64,000 bases of DNA, from assembly GCA_964503955.1 (NCBI GenBank), contig CAZDCG010000003.1, positions 626 to 64,625 of the forward strand, read 5' to 3'. Made by a program: the position numbers and the translations under genes. Positions within the stretch are counted from its first letter, which is position 1, and each line of letters begins with the position of its first letter. This DNA comes from an uncultured Gammaproteobacteria bacterium. GTDB taxonomy: Bacteria; Patescibacteriota; Patescibacteriia; VMEV01; CAYQCH01. The notes under the pieces are model-generated. The model was not told the origin of the DNA. It saw only the letters and a list, made by a program, of their open reading frames with translations, and did no database searches. Below, piece by piece: positions 1 through 9,498 of the stretch.

Positions 1-111
1 TATTGCTTTGAAAGCCTGCGCATTTGGATGAAGCGCTCGGCCCGTGAAAGCAGATCAAGGCTTGATATTTAGCGATGGATTATCAGTGGGGCAGGGAGCT
101 GTTTCTAAAGA

Positions 112-136
112 CGGGCGGAGATCTAACCTCCGCCCG
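112..136. repeat. palindromic repeat family A, copy 1 (GGCGGAG-ATnWAAC-CTCCGCC)
   Basis: cgggcggag-atctaac-ctccgcccg; near-identical copies at 689-711 and 1441-1467. Confidence 0.8.
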
Positions 137-253
137 ACTTTGCGGACAAAGTACAATATCTGTCCGCCAGCCAACTGAGCTTTTGCAAAGATTTGCGATC
201 AGGGGTATGCTCTGATCCAGTTGTCATCTGCAATTTGCGGAAGGGAGGGAGAG

Positions 254-577
254 ATGGCAGAAGACGATGATTTTGAAAATGGCGTACAACGATACACGGG
301 ACATGAAGTCACCTGCGAAGACTTCGTCAACCATGTGATCGTTGCTATCGACGGTCTGGTTCGTGATGAGTCAGACGAGATGGTCTTCAAGCTCGAGGCG
401 CACCAACGAGCTTGCGAAGAGTGCGAGCAGCGCGTCGAACTAGCGCTTAAGACGCTGGGCATCGACTGCGTAGAGGAGTTGGATGCCCGTCAGGAGGCGC
501 ATCTGATGAACGATCGACTCGAACAGGAACGACAGCGGAAAGAGCAGGAGCAGCTCATTCCGCCAACCGAGGTATAA
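254..577 (+). CDS. zf-HC2 (ZAS anti-sigma-like) zinc-finger protein
   Basis: TCEDF...IDG...LEAHQRACEEC matches C...HxxxCxxC; GGAG upstream of ATG 254. Confidence 0.6.
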   Translation: MAEDDDFENGVQRYTGHEVTCEDFVNHVIVAIDGLVRDESDEMVFKLEAHQRACEECEQRVELALKTLGIDCVEELDARQEAHLMNDRLEQERQRKEQEQLIPPTEV

Positions 578-688
578 CCATCGGTGTTGCTATACAGAGG
601 AGGAAAGCGCGTCCAATCCGGGGGGAAGGGCGCGCTTTCATGTTTACTCAGTGTCAAATGCCAGGTTTGATTTTTCCATCGGGTATAT

Positions 689-711
689 AGGCGGAGATGT
701 AACCTCCGCCT
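689..711. repeat. palindromic repeat family A, copy 2
   Basis: aggcggag-atgtaac-ctccgcct between convergent genes. Confidence 0.8.
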
Positions 712-788
712 GACCTTATGATCTCGTTTGGCTGGCCTTCCATAAAGCGAAGCGCCGCAATCCCGGAAACAGGACTGCGGCGCGATGA

Positions 789-1343
789 TCAGCCTCTTGG
801 TTGCTCCCAAAAGCCATGCGGGCGGCCGATCATGCCCGAACGGTACTCGATGCTTTCAAAGCTGAGCCGCGCGTCGCGTGACGCATGTTCAGCCAGAAAG
901 CGGATCACATGGCGGCCCTGCGGAAGCGTGATTGTCTCAAGCCCGTCAAAGACGAGCTTGCCGGCATCGTTTGCCGGGGCAAGCGCAGCGACCGGTTCGC
1001 CGTCCAGCTCCATGACCAGGCTGCTGGCTCGTCCCTGAAAGGAGAGGCGAAGCCTGCGCAGCTGCATCTCATCGATGCTGATGATGACATGCAGCTCGCC
1101 AAGGACATGCGGCTCGGCCGGGTTGAGCGGCGCGAACTCGATGCTCACCGGCTGAGGACTCGGCCGCGCGGAAGGTTGTGGCCCACCTCCTTCAGACGGC
1201 ATTTGGAACAGGCAGGCTGGCTCGCTGGCCGTGGGGTATCCGCGCATCAGCGTGATGTGAAAGCCCCGCTGCCCGTATTGAGCGCCCGGCATTGCACAGG
1301 CGCTAAGCAAGGCAGACGCAAGAAAGAGCGAGAAACGACGCAT
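789..1343 (-). CDS. putative lipoprotein, hypothetical
   Basis: MRRFSLFLASALLSAC signal peptide with lipobox; GAGG upstream of ATG 1343. Confidence 0.6.
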   Translation of the reverse strand: MRRFSLFLASALLSACAMPGAQYGQRGFHITLMRGYPTASEPACLFQMPSEGGGPQPSARPSPQPVSIEFAPLNPAEPHVLGELHVIISIDEMQLRRLRLSFQGRASSLVMELDGEPVAALAPANDAGKLVFDGLETITLPQGRHVIRFLAEHASRDARLSFESIEYRSGMIGRPHGFWEQPRG

Positions 1344-1440
1344 CGTTGCCTCTCTGTGGTTTGGCGGTCGTTGATCGATGTTTATAACATGCCAATGCGG
1401 GCAAGTCAAAGGCAGCGTTGTCAGGAGAAGACACGAAAAA

Positions 1441-1467
1441 ACAGACGGAGATAAAACCTCCGCCTGT
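1441..1467 (-). repeat. palindromic repeat family A, copy 3; likely terminator
   Basis: acagacggag-ataaaac-ctccgcctgt; U-tract follows on - strand, downstream of TM2 gene. Confidence 0.7.
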
Positions 1468-1499
1468 CATACACAGCATTCGTTAAGCTCGAGTGAACA

Positions 1500-1769
1500 T
1501 TACATGGCAAAACGCCGGCGCCATTCCTGCGGGTGCATCATCGCCCATTTGATCAGGCTGATAATGGCCAGCAGTTCGGGTATGAAGGTCCAGGAGAACA
1601 AGAAATAGACCACGCCTTTTTTAATGCGGCCAAGATAGAACCAGTGTGCGCCAAAGCCGCCGAGCAGCAGAGCCAAAGCCATGGCCAGGCCGCGTTTCTT
1701 TTCATGCTTTTCGCCTAAATCCCTGGTTTTCCATTTGATCTGTTGTTTTGTAAGCCAATTCATAAACAT
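1500..1769 (-). CDS. TM2 (NINE) domain membrane protein
   Basis: KKRGLAMALALLLGGFGAHWFYLG...LFSWTFIP motif. Confidence 0.85.
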   Translation of the reverse strand: MFMNWLTKQQIKWKTRDLGEKHEKKRGLAMALALLLGGFGAHWFYLGRIKKGVVYFLFSWTFIPELLAIISLIKWAMMHPQEWRRRFAM

Positions 1770-1875
1770 TGTTTGCACCTCGCTGTCCGTACATACTACT
1801 TGAGAAAGAGGATGTTTCAGCAAGTGCCACCCCTTTATACCCCTCCTAAGTTGGGGGGGTGGATCTCACCCCCTA

Positions 1876-1902
1876 GCCCCCTCTCTTCAAAAGAGAGGGG
1901 GC
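1876..1902. repeat. REP-like palindrome family B (CCCCTCT..AGAGGGG)
   Basis: gccccctctctt-caa-aagagagggggc; relatives at 13004, 32979, 45386-45440. Confidence 0.65.
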
Positions 1903-1989
1903 ACGCTCTTCCTTAAGGTCTATTACAAACACGAACGCCGCATACCGCCCGGGAGTGGGCAGCATGCGGCGTATTGATCGGCCGGGACG

Positions 1990-2169
1990 CTAGTCGTCCT
2001 CATCGTTGCGGTCGTTGTCCTCCTCCTCGCGGGGATTGACCGCGTAGCCGCCATGGCAGCGGCAGGTGCAGTCGGGATCCTCGCACTCTTCGCCTTCGCA
2101 GTACTCGTCGTCGCAGCCGCTCAGCGAGAGGCTCTCTTCGTCTTCATCTTCGGGAAATACCTCGGACAT
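1990..2169 (-). CDS. 59-aa acidic six-cysteine protein (missing from ORF track)
   Basis: hand translation MSEVFPEDEDEESLSLSGCDDEYCEGEECEDPDCTCRCHGGYAVNPREEEDNDRNDEDD; GAGGTGA RBS; GC3-biased codons; hairpin terminator near 1934-1971. Confidence 0.75.
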   Translation of the reverse strand: MSEVFPEDEDEESLSLSGCDDEYCEGEECEDPDCTCRCHGGYAVNPREEEDNDRNDEDD

Positions 2170-2304
2170 AGCTCACCTCGTATGGCTGAAAACTTCCGGT
2201 TCGGGACAGGGTTTTTTACCAAGAAAAAGCCTTGGAGTCAAGGCATTTGCGGCATGTCAAGGATGGGAGAATGTGGTAAGGTATCTGAAGAAATAAATCG
2301 CTAT

Positions 2305-4233
2305 ATGCCTAAGAAACTCAAAGCAGCCAAAAAACTCTCCGGCGAATCCTTCCTGCCACAACAGGAACTTTTGGATCAGCTGAGAAAGAATTTTCCCGAA
2401 ATTTTTTCCGAGGGAAAAATTGATGTTAAGAAACTGAAAAAAACATTTGGCGAGCAGGTTGATGAAAGCGAAGAACGATATGGTTTAACCTGGGCGGGCA
2501 AAACAGATTGCTTTAGAGAGATTCAGGAACCTACAACCTGTACTTTAGTGCCTGATAAAAAAGAATCTGTTGATTTTGATAAAACCGAAAACATTTTTAT
2601 TGAAGGAGATAATCTCGAAGTACTAAAAGTTTTACAAAGATCGTACTACGGTAAGATCAAAATGATCTATATCGATCCTCCATACAATACCGGCAACGAT
2701 TTCGTTTACAATGACAATTTCAAAGAGAGCAAGGCAGATTATCGCGAGCGATCAGGGCAAAATGATAATTGCCGGCAGACGGCTTTGCAAAAGAATACGA
2801 AAGACAGCGGGCATTTTCACTCCAATTGGCTGAACATGATGTATCCGCGTCTGTTTCTGGCAAGAAATCTTCTCCGTCAGGACGGTGTCATTTTCATCTC
2901 CATTGATGACAATGAGGTTCATAATCTTAGGATGATCATGAATGAGATTTTTGGAGAAGAGAATTCTCTGACTGAGTCACCAACTGCTTTGATTTGGCAA
3001 AGATCTGGCACTACTGCAGGTCATTTTTCCAATGCACATGAATACATACTTTGCTATGCAAAAAGTAAGGTTGATACCCCATTCTTCCATTTGAAAGATT
3101 ATGGTTCTGAAAAGATCATTTCTCATGGAGCGTTAAAAAAGATCAGTCGAGCAAATCCAGAAAGTGAGATCACTTTTCCTGCTGGCATGGATTTTGAAGG
3201 AGAAGATGCTACGTTTGAGGGAGTCATTGGTGGCTCTGAAAAGCAAACGATAAATGGAAAGATGATATTCAAAGGAGGGAAATTACAGAAGCCCGTAAGC
3301 ATTTCTGCGGGTTGGGGAATGAAAGAACAAGTTTTATCATGGATTTCAGGCGAAGACACGTTCGACACAAAAGGGCAGAGAGTTCTAAGGTTTTATTTCA
3401 ACAAGGAAGGAATACTTTGGTATGAGAAAGAGCGTGGTACTGTGCACCCAAAAACTATCTTACCGTCAAATCTTGGCTCGACAAAAACGGGAACTCAAGA
3501 GTTGGTAACTTTGTTTGGATCTAAATTCTTTGATTATCCAAAGCCAAGTGCGCTATTACGTTATCTGGCGAGCTTCTCCTCGCATGAAGACGATATCATG
3601 CTTGATTTCTTTGCTGGCACAGGAACAACTGCCCATGCAGTAATGGCTCTAAATGCTGAAGATGGAGGGAATCGAAAATGCATTAGCGTGCAATTGGATG
3701 AGCCGACAGATGAGAATTCAGAAGCGTATAAAGCCGGCTATAAAAATATCGCCCAGCTTGCGCGTGAACGTATTCGCAGGGCAGCCAAAGAGATTAAAAA
3801 GGAGCATAAAGATAAAAAATTGGATCTTGGTTTTAAGGCATTCAAAATTCATAAGAGCAATTTCAAGATCTGGGAAAATAACATTCAAAACGAAAAAGAA
3901 TTGCTTGAGCAGATGAAAATGTCTATCGATAATCTGAAAAAGGGAGCAAAAATGGAAAATGTGCTTTATGAGCTCATCTTAAAGCTTGGTCTGGATTTGA
4001 ATATTCAAACAGAAAAGAAAACTGTGGCCAAGAAAGAATATTTTCTCTTGAACGAGGGAGAAGTGGCTATTTGTCTTGAAGAAAAGATCAATCAGCAGCT
4101 TATTGATGCAATCGTAAAAGATAAACCGGTAAGATTTGTTTGCCTCGAACATGCTTTTGCCAAGAATGATGAACTCAAAACAAATGCTCTCTTGCAAATG
4201 GAGCAGATGGGGATTGATTTCAGGGTGGTATGA
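2305..4233 (+). CDS. mod: type III restriction-modification methyltransferase (Mod)
   Basis: GDNLEVLK, IYIDPPYNTG, DFFAGTGTT motifs; true start probably ATG 2305 (MPKK). Confidence 0.95.
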   Translation: MPKKLKAAKKLSGESFLPQQELLDQLRKNFPEIFSEGKIDVKKLKKTFGEQVDESEERYGLTWAGKTDCFREIQEPTTCTLVPDKKESVDFDKTENIFIEGDNLEVLKVLQRSYYGKIKMIYIDPPYNTGNDFVYNDNFKESKADYRERSGQNDNCRQTALQKNTKDSGHFHSNWLNMMYPRLFLARNLLRQDGVIFISIDDNEVHNLRMIMNEIFGEENSLTESPTALIWQRSGTTAGHFSNAHEYILCYAKSKVDTPFFHLKDYGSEKIISHGALKKISRANPESEITFPAGMDFEGEDATFEGVIGGSEKQTINGKMIFKGGKLQKPVSISAGWGMKEQVLSWISGEDTFDTKGQRVLRFYFNKEGILWYEKERGTVHPKTILPSNLGSTKTGTQELVTLFGSKFFDYPKPSALLRYLASFSSHEDDIMLDFFAGTGTTAHAVMALNAEDGGNRKCISVQLDEPTDENSEAYKAGYKNIAQLARERIRRAAKEIKKEHKDKKLDLGFKAFKIHKSNFKIWENNIQNEKELLEQMKMSIDNLKKGAKMENVLYELILKLGLDLNIQTEKKTVAKKEYFLLNEGEVAICLEEKINQQLIDAIVKDKPVRFVCLEHAFAKNDELKTNALLQMEQMGIDFRVV

Positions 4234-5012
4234 GGAAGAAGATAAAAAAAGAACTACACTTTTTTGTCGACGAAGCAGGAGACCCTGTTTTCTTTAATCG
4301 AAAGGGGCAATTGATCGTTGGGCAGGAAGGTTGCTCAAAAACTTTGCTTCTCGGGTTCGTTATGACGGAGGATCCAAAAGCGTTGAGAAAATCTCTGTTG
4401 AGTTTGCATAAAGATGTTATAAATGATCCGTATTTGCAAGATATACCTTCGATTCAAAAAACAAAGGTCGGATTTCATGCCAAAGATGATTGCCCGGAGG
4501 TGAGAGAAAAAGTATACAAACGAATAAAAGAAATGGATTTTACTGCCGAGTTCATTATTGCAAGAAAACTGGAAAAGACGTTTCGAAACAGGCACAAATC
4601 AAAAACAACAATTTTTTACGACGACCTTGTCACAAAATTATTCAAAAACAAACTTCATTTGGCTGAAAAAAATTACATAACCTACGCCTCAAGAGGAAAT
4701 AGAAAGAGGGAAGAGCCCTTCTCAGATGCCCTGCAGGTAGCGATCAATGATTTTGAAAAACAGTGGAAGACAAAAGTAGACAGTGAATACAAGGTAGAGG
4801 CGCATCGCCCTTCGGGCGAACCTTGCCTTCAAGTGGTGGATTATATGAATTGGGCGGTACAAAGAGCATTTGAACGAGGAGAAATGAGATATTTCAACTA
4901 TGTAAAAGAGAAGGTCAAATTTCTAGTAGATATTTACGACTTTGATAAGTACCCGACAAATTTCTATAACTCAAAAAACCAATTTGATATAACAAAAATG
5001 AGCCCCCTATAG
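4230..5012 (+). CDS. DUF3800 family protein (predicted RNase H-like)
   Basis: N-terminal FFVDEAGD and C-terminal LQVVDY motifs; overlaps mod stop by ATGA. Confidence 0.8.
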   Translation: MRKKIKKELHFFVDEAGDPVFFNRKGQLIVGQEGCSKTLLLGFVMTEDPKALRKSLLSLHKDVINDPYLQDIPSIQKTKVGFHAKDDCPEVREKVYKRIKEMDFTAEFIIARKLEKTFRNRHKSKTTIFYDDLVTKLFKNKLHLAEKNYITYASRGNRKREEPFSDALQVAINDFEKQWKTKVDSEYKVEAHRPSGEPCLQVVDYMNWAVQRAFERGEMRYFNYVKEKVKFLVDIYDFDKYPTNFYNSKNQFDITKMSPL

Positions 5013-5070
5013 CTAGGTCTTTCGGACGCATGGCGTGAAGCCAGCTTTCGCATATAGGAGACTCACTCGT
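4999..5070 (-). ncRNA. candidate DUF3800-associated structured RNA, convergent to the gene
   Basis: 13-bp closing helix UGAGUCUCCUAUA/UAUAGGGGGCUCA (G-U pairs only on - strand) enclosing three small hairpins; TATGAT -10 box at 5077-5082. Confidence 0.6.
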
Positions 5071-5122
5071 GCTTATATCATATCAGACTTCTCAAGAATT
5101 GTGGAGAGGTTGTGGATAACCT

Positions 5123-7762
5123 ATGAAAATTCAATTTGAATCCAATCAACAGTATCAAATTGATGCTGTAAACGCGGTCGTTAATGTCTTCAAGGGGCAA
5201 CCCGCTGAAGAGAGCTTTTTTCATAGCGAAATGTCGCAGCCGGATGGCCGCTTGCCTTTGAACGGACAGATGGTTGTGGCAAATCGCCTTGTCTTATCGG
5301 ATGAGACCCTGCTAAACAATGTTCAGCAGGTGCAAAAAGAAAATAGCTTAGGTTTATCTGAAAGATTAGGAAAAAGAAATTTCACGGTAGAAATGGAAAC
5401 AGGTACGGGAAAAACCTATGTCTACTTACGAACCATCCATGAGTTAAACCAGCGATACGGTTTTTCAAAATTTATCATTGTTGTTCCAAGCATCGCGATC
5501 AAAGAAGGGATAATCAAGAATCTTGAAATCACCAGAGAACATTTCGACACCCTCTTTGAGCATCCTGAAATGGATTTTTATGTCTGGAATCCGAAGAAAA
5601 AAGGCCAGGCCAGAAACTTTGCCACAGCAAACTCTTTGCAAATTCTTGTCATGAATGTTCAGGCATTCGCCGGGAAGGGAAGAATCATCCATCAAGAAAG
5701 TGACTGGGGCGTGCCGATTGATTTTCTGAAAGCAACCAATCCGATTTTGATTATCGACGAACCTCAGAATATGGAATCGGACATTCGTCGCAATGCCATT
5801 GAAGAGTTAAATCCTCTTTGCACATTACGTTATTCTGCTACCCACAAAGAGCCTTATAATCTGGTGTATAAACTGGATCCCGTAAAGGCGTATGATTTGG
5901 GCCTTGTGAAGAAAATTGAAGTTGATTCCATTATTGAAGAAGATAATCAAAACGGAGCCTTTGTGCAGCTCATTGATGTTGTCATGAAAGGGCGCATTCC
6001 AAAAGCGAAAATCAGAATCAAATCGCAGGAAACAGTGGGAATAAAGGATAAGGACGTATCTGTAAAGGTAGAAGACAATCTATTTCACATCACAAATGAA
6101 CATTCCATGTACCGAGATGGATTTATCGTTGAAGAAATCGATGCGCAGGAAAAGAAGATCAAATTCACGAACGGAGTTGTGCTTTACTCCGGAGAAACCA
6201 ACGGAAGAGATCGTGATGAGATTATGAAATTTCAGATTCTTCGAACCGTGCAAAACCATTTCAACAAAGAATTGATGTTGGAAAACAGTGGGGTGAAAGT
6301 TCTCACACTCTTTTTCATTGATAAAGTAGAGAATTATAGAAGCTACGAAAATGGCAGCGCAGTAAAAGGGAAAATCGCGAAATGGTTTGAAGAGGCTTAC
6401 AACGAAGTGACCAAAAATCCTCAATATAAATCATTGTGCCCATTTGACGCTCATGAAGTTCACAATGGGTATTTCTCTCAAGATAAAAAAGGGCTGTTGA
6501 AGAATACGAGCGGGCGCACAGAAGCAGACAATGATACCTACGCGCTTATCATGAAAGATAAGGAAAGGTTGCTTAGCCTTTCTGAACCATTAAGGTTTAT
6601 CTTCTCTCACTCTGCTCTCACCGAAGGCTGGGATAATCCAAATGTTTTTCAGATTTGTACGCTGAATGAAGTAAGTTCTGAAATGAAAAAGCGTCAGCAG
6701 ATCGGGCGAGGACTTCGCTTACCGGTTAATGACGAAGGGAAACGAGTCACAGATTCTGATGTGAATATCTTGACCGTGATTGCAAATGAAAGCTATGAGG
6801 GATTTGCGCGATCTCTACAAAAGGAGATCGAAGAAGAAACAGGGGTCACCTTTTCAGGGCGAATTAAACCAGCTCGGGAACGACGTACCTTGCGTGTGGG
6901 GAAAAAAGCGCTACTTAACCCCGATTTTCAGGAACTTTGGAAAAGAATTAACAAGAAAACGATCTATCGTGTTCAATTCAGCACGGAAGAATTGATTGAA
7001 AAGGCGGCTGAAAAGTTGAAAGAAGATATCGAGGTGAAATCACCAAAGTTCTTAAGTATCCGTGCCTCCATTGATCTGAAATCCGAGGGGGTAAAATCAA
7101 ATGTAAAAGCGGTTCATAGTAGAATCGCTTCTGCATCTAAAGCGGCGGTTCCGGATGTTCTAACCTACATACAAAAGAAAACGAAACTTAGTAAGCAAAC
7201 GGTTTTTGAAATGATTGAAAAGTCCGATACGGCGAAGGAGATCTTGAAGAACCCCCAGCAGTACATGGATCAGGCAGAGAAGTTGATCAAAAATGTTCTG
7301 GGGCAGTTAATGATTGAGGGGATCAAATACGAAAAAATTGCCGGACAATCCTGGGAAATGCGGTTGTTTGAGGAGCAGGAAATTCAGACCTATCTTAGCA
7401 ATCTGTATCACGTACGAAATGAGGAGAAAACAATCTATGATCATGTGGTCATCGATTCAGCGGTGGAAAGCTCCTTTGCGAAAGAATTGGATAGCCGTGA
7501 AGACGTGAAATTCTATCTGAAGCTACCAAACTGGTTCAAGATCCCAACCCCCATCGGAAGCTATAATCCCGACTGGGCTATCGTCTTTCACAAAGATAAA
7601 CGAATCTATTTTGTCGCCGAAACGAAAGGAGATGGCGAATTGCGCCCTTCCGAAGAATTCAAGATTGCATGCGGGAAGAAGCATTTTGAAGAATTGAAGG
7701 GTGTTCACTATCAGAAAGTACTCGTAAAAGGTGATCAATCAAATGTCGATCGGTATCTGTAA
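5123..7762 (+). CDS. res: type III restriction endonuclease (Res)
   Basis: EMETGTGKT Walker A, IIDEPQ, EGWDNPNVFQ, QIGRGLRL, C-terminal YNPDWA...VAETK nuclease motif. Confidence 0.95.
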   Translation: MKIQFESNQQYQIDAVNAVVNVFKGQPAEESFFHSEMSQPDGRLPLNGQMVVANRLVLSDETLLNNVQQVQKENSLGLSERLGKRNFTVEMETGTGKTYVYLRTIHELNQRYGFSKFIIVVPSIAIKEGIIKNLEITREHFDTLFEHPEMDFYVWNPKKKGQARNFATANSLQILVMNVQAFAGKGRIIHQESDWGVPIDFLKATNPILIIDEPQNMESDIRRNAIEELNPLCTLRYSATHKEPYNLVYKLDPVKAYDLGLVKKIEVDSIIEEDNQNGAFVQLIDVVMKGRIPKAKIRIKSQETVGIKDKDVSVKVEDNLFHITNEHSMYRDGFIVEEIDAQEKKIKFTNGVVLYSGETNGRDRDEIMKFQILRTVQNHFNKELMLENSGVKVLTLFFIDKVENYRSYENGSAVKGKIAKWFEEAYNEVTKNPQYKSLCPFDAHEVHNGYFSQDKKGLLKNTSGRTEADNDTYALIMKDKERLLSLSEPLRFIFSHSALTEGWDNPNVFQICTLNEVSSEMKKRQQIGRGLRLPVNDEGKRVTDSDVNILTVIANESYEGFARSLQKEIEEETGVTFSGRIKPARERRTLRVGKKALLNPDFQELWKRINKKTIYRVQFSTEELIEKAAEKLKEDIEVKSPKFLSIRASIDLKSEGVKSNVKAVHSRIASASKAAVPDVLTYIQKKTKLSKQTVFEMIEKSDTAKEILKNPQQYMDQAEKLIKNVLGQLMIEGIKYEKIAGQSWEMRLFEEQEIQTYLSNLYHVRNEEKTIYDHVVIDSAVESSFAKELDSREDVKFYLKLPNWFKIPTPIGSYNPDWAIVFHKDKRIYFVAETKGDGELRPSEEFKIACGKKHFEELKGVHYQKVLVKGDQSNVDRYL

Positions 7763-7775
7763 ACTCATTCTGCTT

Positions 7776-7988
7776 ATGAGCATTAAAGATTCCCTGAAAG
7801 AGATCAGACGGTTGAGAAGACAATGGCGGGCAAATAGCTTTACAGCCAAAGAGCTGCAGAGAAAATATGGTTTAACTGAACAGCAAATCAGCAGGTTGAC
7901 ACCTGATCATCAATTTGGAGAAGAACGCTATTCTAAACCACATGTGTTATATATGGTGAGCATAATGTGCAAAGAGAAGGGGGAATGA
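7776..7988 (+). CDS. small hypothetical protein
   Basis: 70-aa ORF directly after res. Confidence 0.4.
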   Translation: MSIKDSLKEIRRLRRQWRANSFTAKELQRKYGLTEQQISRLTPDHQFGEERYSKPHVLYMVSIMCKEKGE

Positions 7989-8014
7989 CCTCTCCCTATC
8001 ATCATATCGAAATT

Positions 8015-8046
8015 CCGCAGCGGCGTATTGCAAAACGCCGCTGCGG
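8015..8046. repeat. REP palindrome upstream of RAYT
   Basis: perfect 12-bp stem ccgcagcggcgt/acgccgctgcgg; second copy at 8361-8392 inside the gene. Confidence 0.85.
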
Positions 8047-8097
8047 GCAAAATCATGCTATAATACACATGCCCACACCCCGAACCAGGGGTGTTTT

Positions 8098-8592
8098 ATG
8101 TTGAAAAATCGCCAGTCGTCGAGATTGAAAGGATACGATTATGCGCAGCCGGGATCTTATTTTGTCACCCTCGTGACAAAATTCAGGTACCCGTTCTTTG
8201 GTAGAGTTATCAAAGGAAAAATGCATTTAAGCCGAATGGGATTTGTGGTCAGACGTGAATGGGACCGTACACTCATCATACGAAAAAACGTTGAACTAGA
8301 TGCATTCATCATCATGCCTGATCATCTGCATGGAATCATTCATATCAAATATGCCCATCCCCGCAGCGGCGTATTGCAATGCGCCCCTGCGGGATTTGTT
8401 TCACCGTCGCAAACGTTGGGGGCGATTATTCGAGGCTTTAAATCCGCTGTTACCAAAAAAATTCACGTGATGGGAAACGAAGAATTTTCCTGGCAACGAA
8501 ATTTTCATGATCGTATTATCCGTGATGAACAATCATTGCATCAGATCCGTGAATACATTCGATTAAATCCAAAAAACTGGAAAAGTCTTTAA
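8098..8592 (+). mobile_element. REP-associated tyrosine transposase (RAYT, HUH Y1 family)
   Basis: RLKGYDY...YFVT, MPDHLHGI (HUH), WQRNFHDRIIR, YIRLNP. Confidence 0.9.
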
Positions 8593-8599
8593 AACGCTT

Positions 8600-8648
8600 C
8601 CACCCCCACCGCCATCCGTCCGGGAAGGACTTCAGGCGATGGGGGTGG
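8600..8648 (-). terminator. long hairpin element C, copy 1
   Basis: CCACCCCCATCGCC...GGCGGTGGGGGTGG; homologous to 9499-9550. Confidence 0.65.
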
Positions 8649-8655
8649 TGAGTTG

Positions 8656-9399
8656 CTAGGCGCAGGCGAGCTCGGGGGCCTGCTTGCGGACCCAGTCCTC
8701 GCTGGGGCCGCCCGCGAGCAGGAAGCTGTCGAGGAGCTTCTTGCTGAAGGCCTTCGCCAGGATCTTCCCGTACGGCTCGTCGAGCTCGGGGTTGCCGTCG
8801 ATGTCGTTGAAGAACGTCTCGGGCCCCGCGAGATCTCGCTTGAGCACGCGCCGCAGGCGCTTGATGCCGTAGGCCTCGGCGATCTCCCACAGCGCCTGGT
8901 TGAGGAGGCTGTGGTTGTGGTGCACCCAGGCCAGCGAGGGGGAGTCCATGAAGGACTGGTCGCAGTCGCAGTGGAGCTCGGTGAGCCCCATCTGCACGAA
9001 GGCGTTCAGGAACTCCGACGGCTTGGCCTTCTCCGAGACCATCTTCTCGAGGGTCTCGAGCCAGCCGATGACCTCGTTGAGGCCGACGAGCTCGAACTTG
9101 GTCTGGAGCAGGCCTGCCACGCGGCCGGCGTCGGTGCTCATGGCCGGGGCGCTGTACCGCTCCTTGAGCACGAAGTGCTTGGACGCCTCGAGGAGGTCGC
9201 CCTTGGCGCGGGCCGCCTCGAAGGCGTCGCGGCAGGCCTTGGCCTGCTGGCTCTCCAGCATCCACGGATCGCGCAGCCGCTTGGGCGGCTCGAAGTAGCT
9301 GAACGCCTGCTCCTGGCGCTGGATGCGCTTCAGGAAGAAGGTGATGCCGTACTCGAGCTTCTGTCGGGCCTCGTTGCGCAGGTGGTTGAGGGTCTTCAC
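8656..9399 (-). CDS. hypothetical protein, GC3-rich
   Basis: 247 aa; AAGGAGG RBS before GTG; strong third-position GC bias picks this frame. Confidence 0.8.
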   Translation of the reverse strand: MKTLNHLRNEARQKLEYGITFFLKRIQRQEQAFSYFEPPKRLRDPWMLESQQAKACRDAFEAARAKGDLLEASKHFVLKERYSAPAMSTDAGRVAGLLQTKFELVGLNEVIGWLETLEKMVSEKAKPSEFLNAFVQMGLTELHCDCDQSFMDSPSLAWVHHNHSLLNQALWEIAEAYGIKRLRRVLKRDLAGPETFFNDIDGNPELDEPYGKILAKAFSKKLLDSFLLAGGPSEDWVRKQAPELACA

Positions 9400-9444
9400 G
9401 AGGGCCTCCTTTAATTAGATAAAAGAACAAAAATCAACCTCACT

Positions 9445-9473
9445 AATATAGCATAAGTGGCCTATTTTGTCAA
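9445..9473 (-). promoter_or_regulatory. sigma70-type promoter
   Basis: TTGACA-17nt-TATATT with extended TG. Confidence 0.7.
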
Positions 9474-9498
9474 GTGTTTTAGCAGCCAAAAAACAAAT

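Noticed and set aside
112-1467. CRISPR array or integron attC sites
   Set aside because: Spacing of 580-750 bp is not CRISPR-like; elements lack the RYYYAAC...GTTRRRY flanked attC layout and no intI or cas gene is present.
2053-2304. N-terminal extension of mod in the ORF track
   Set aside because: Antisense shadow of the 1990-2169 microprotein; Mod-like sequence begins at ATG 2305.
2305-4233. Phase-variable mod (phasevarion)
   Set aside because: No simple-sequence repeat tract seen in the coding region and the frame is intact.
8516-9430. Long overlapping ORFs (also 33251-34324, 58291-59112, 58352-59017)
   Set aside because: Shadow frames caused by extreme GC3; no RBS and biased composition.
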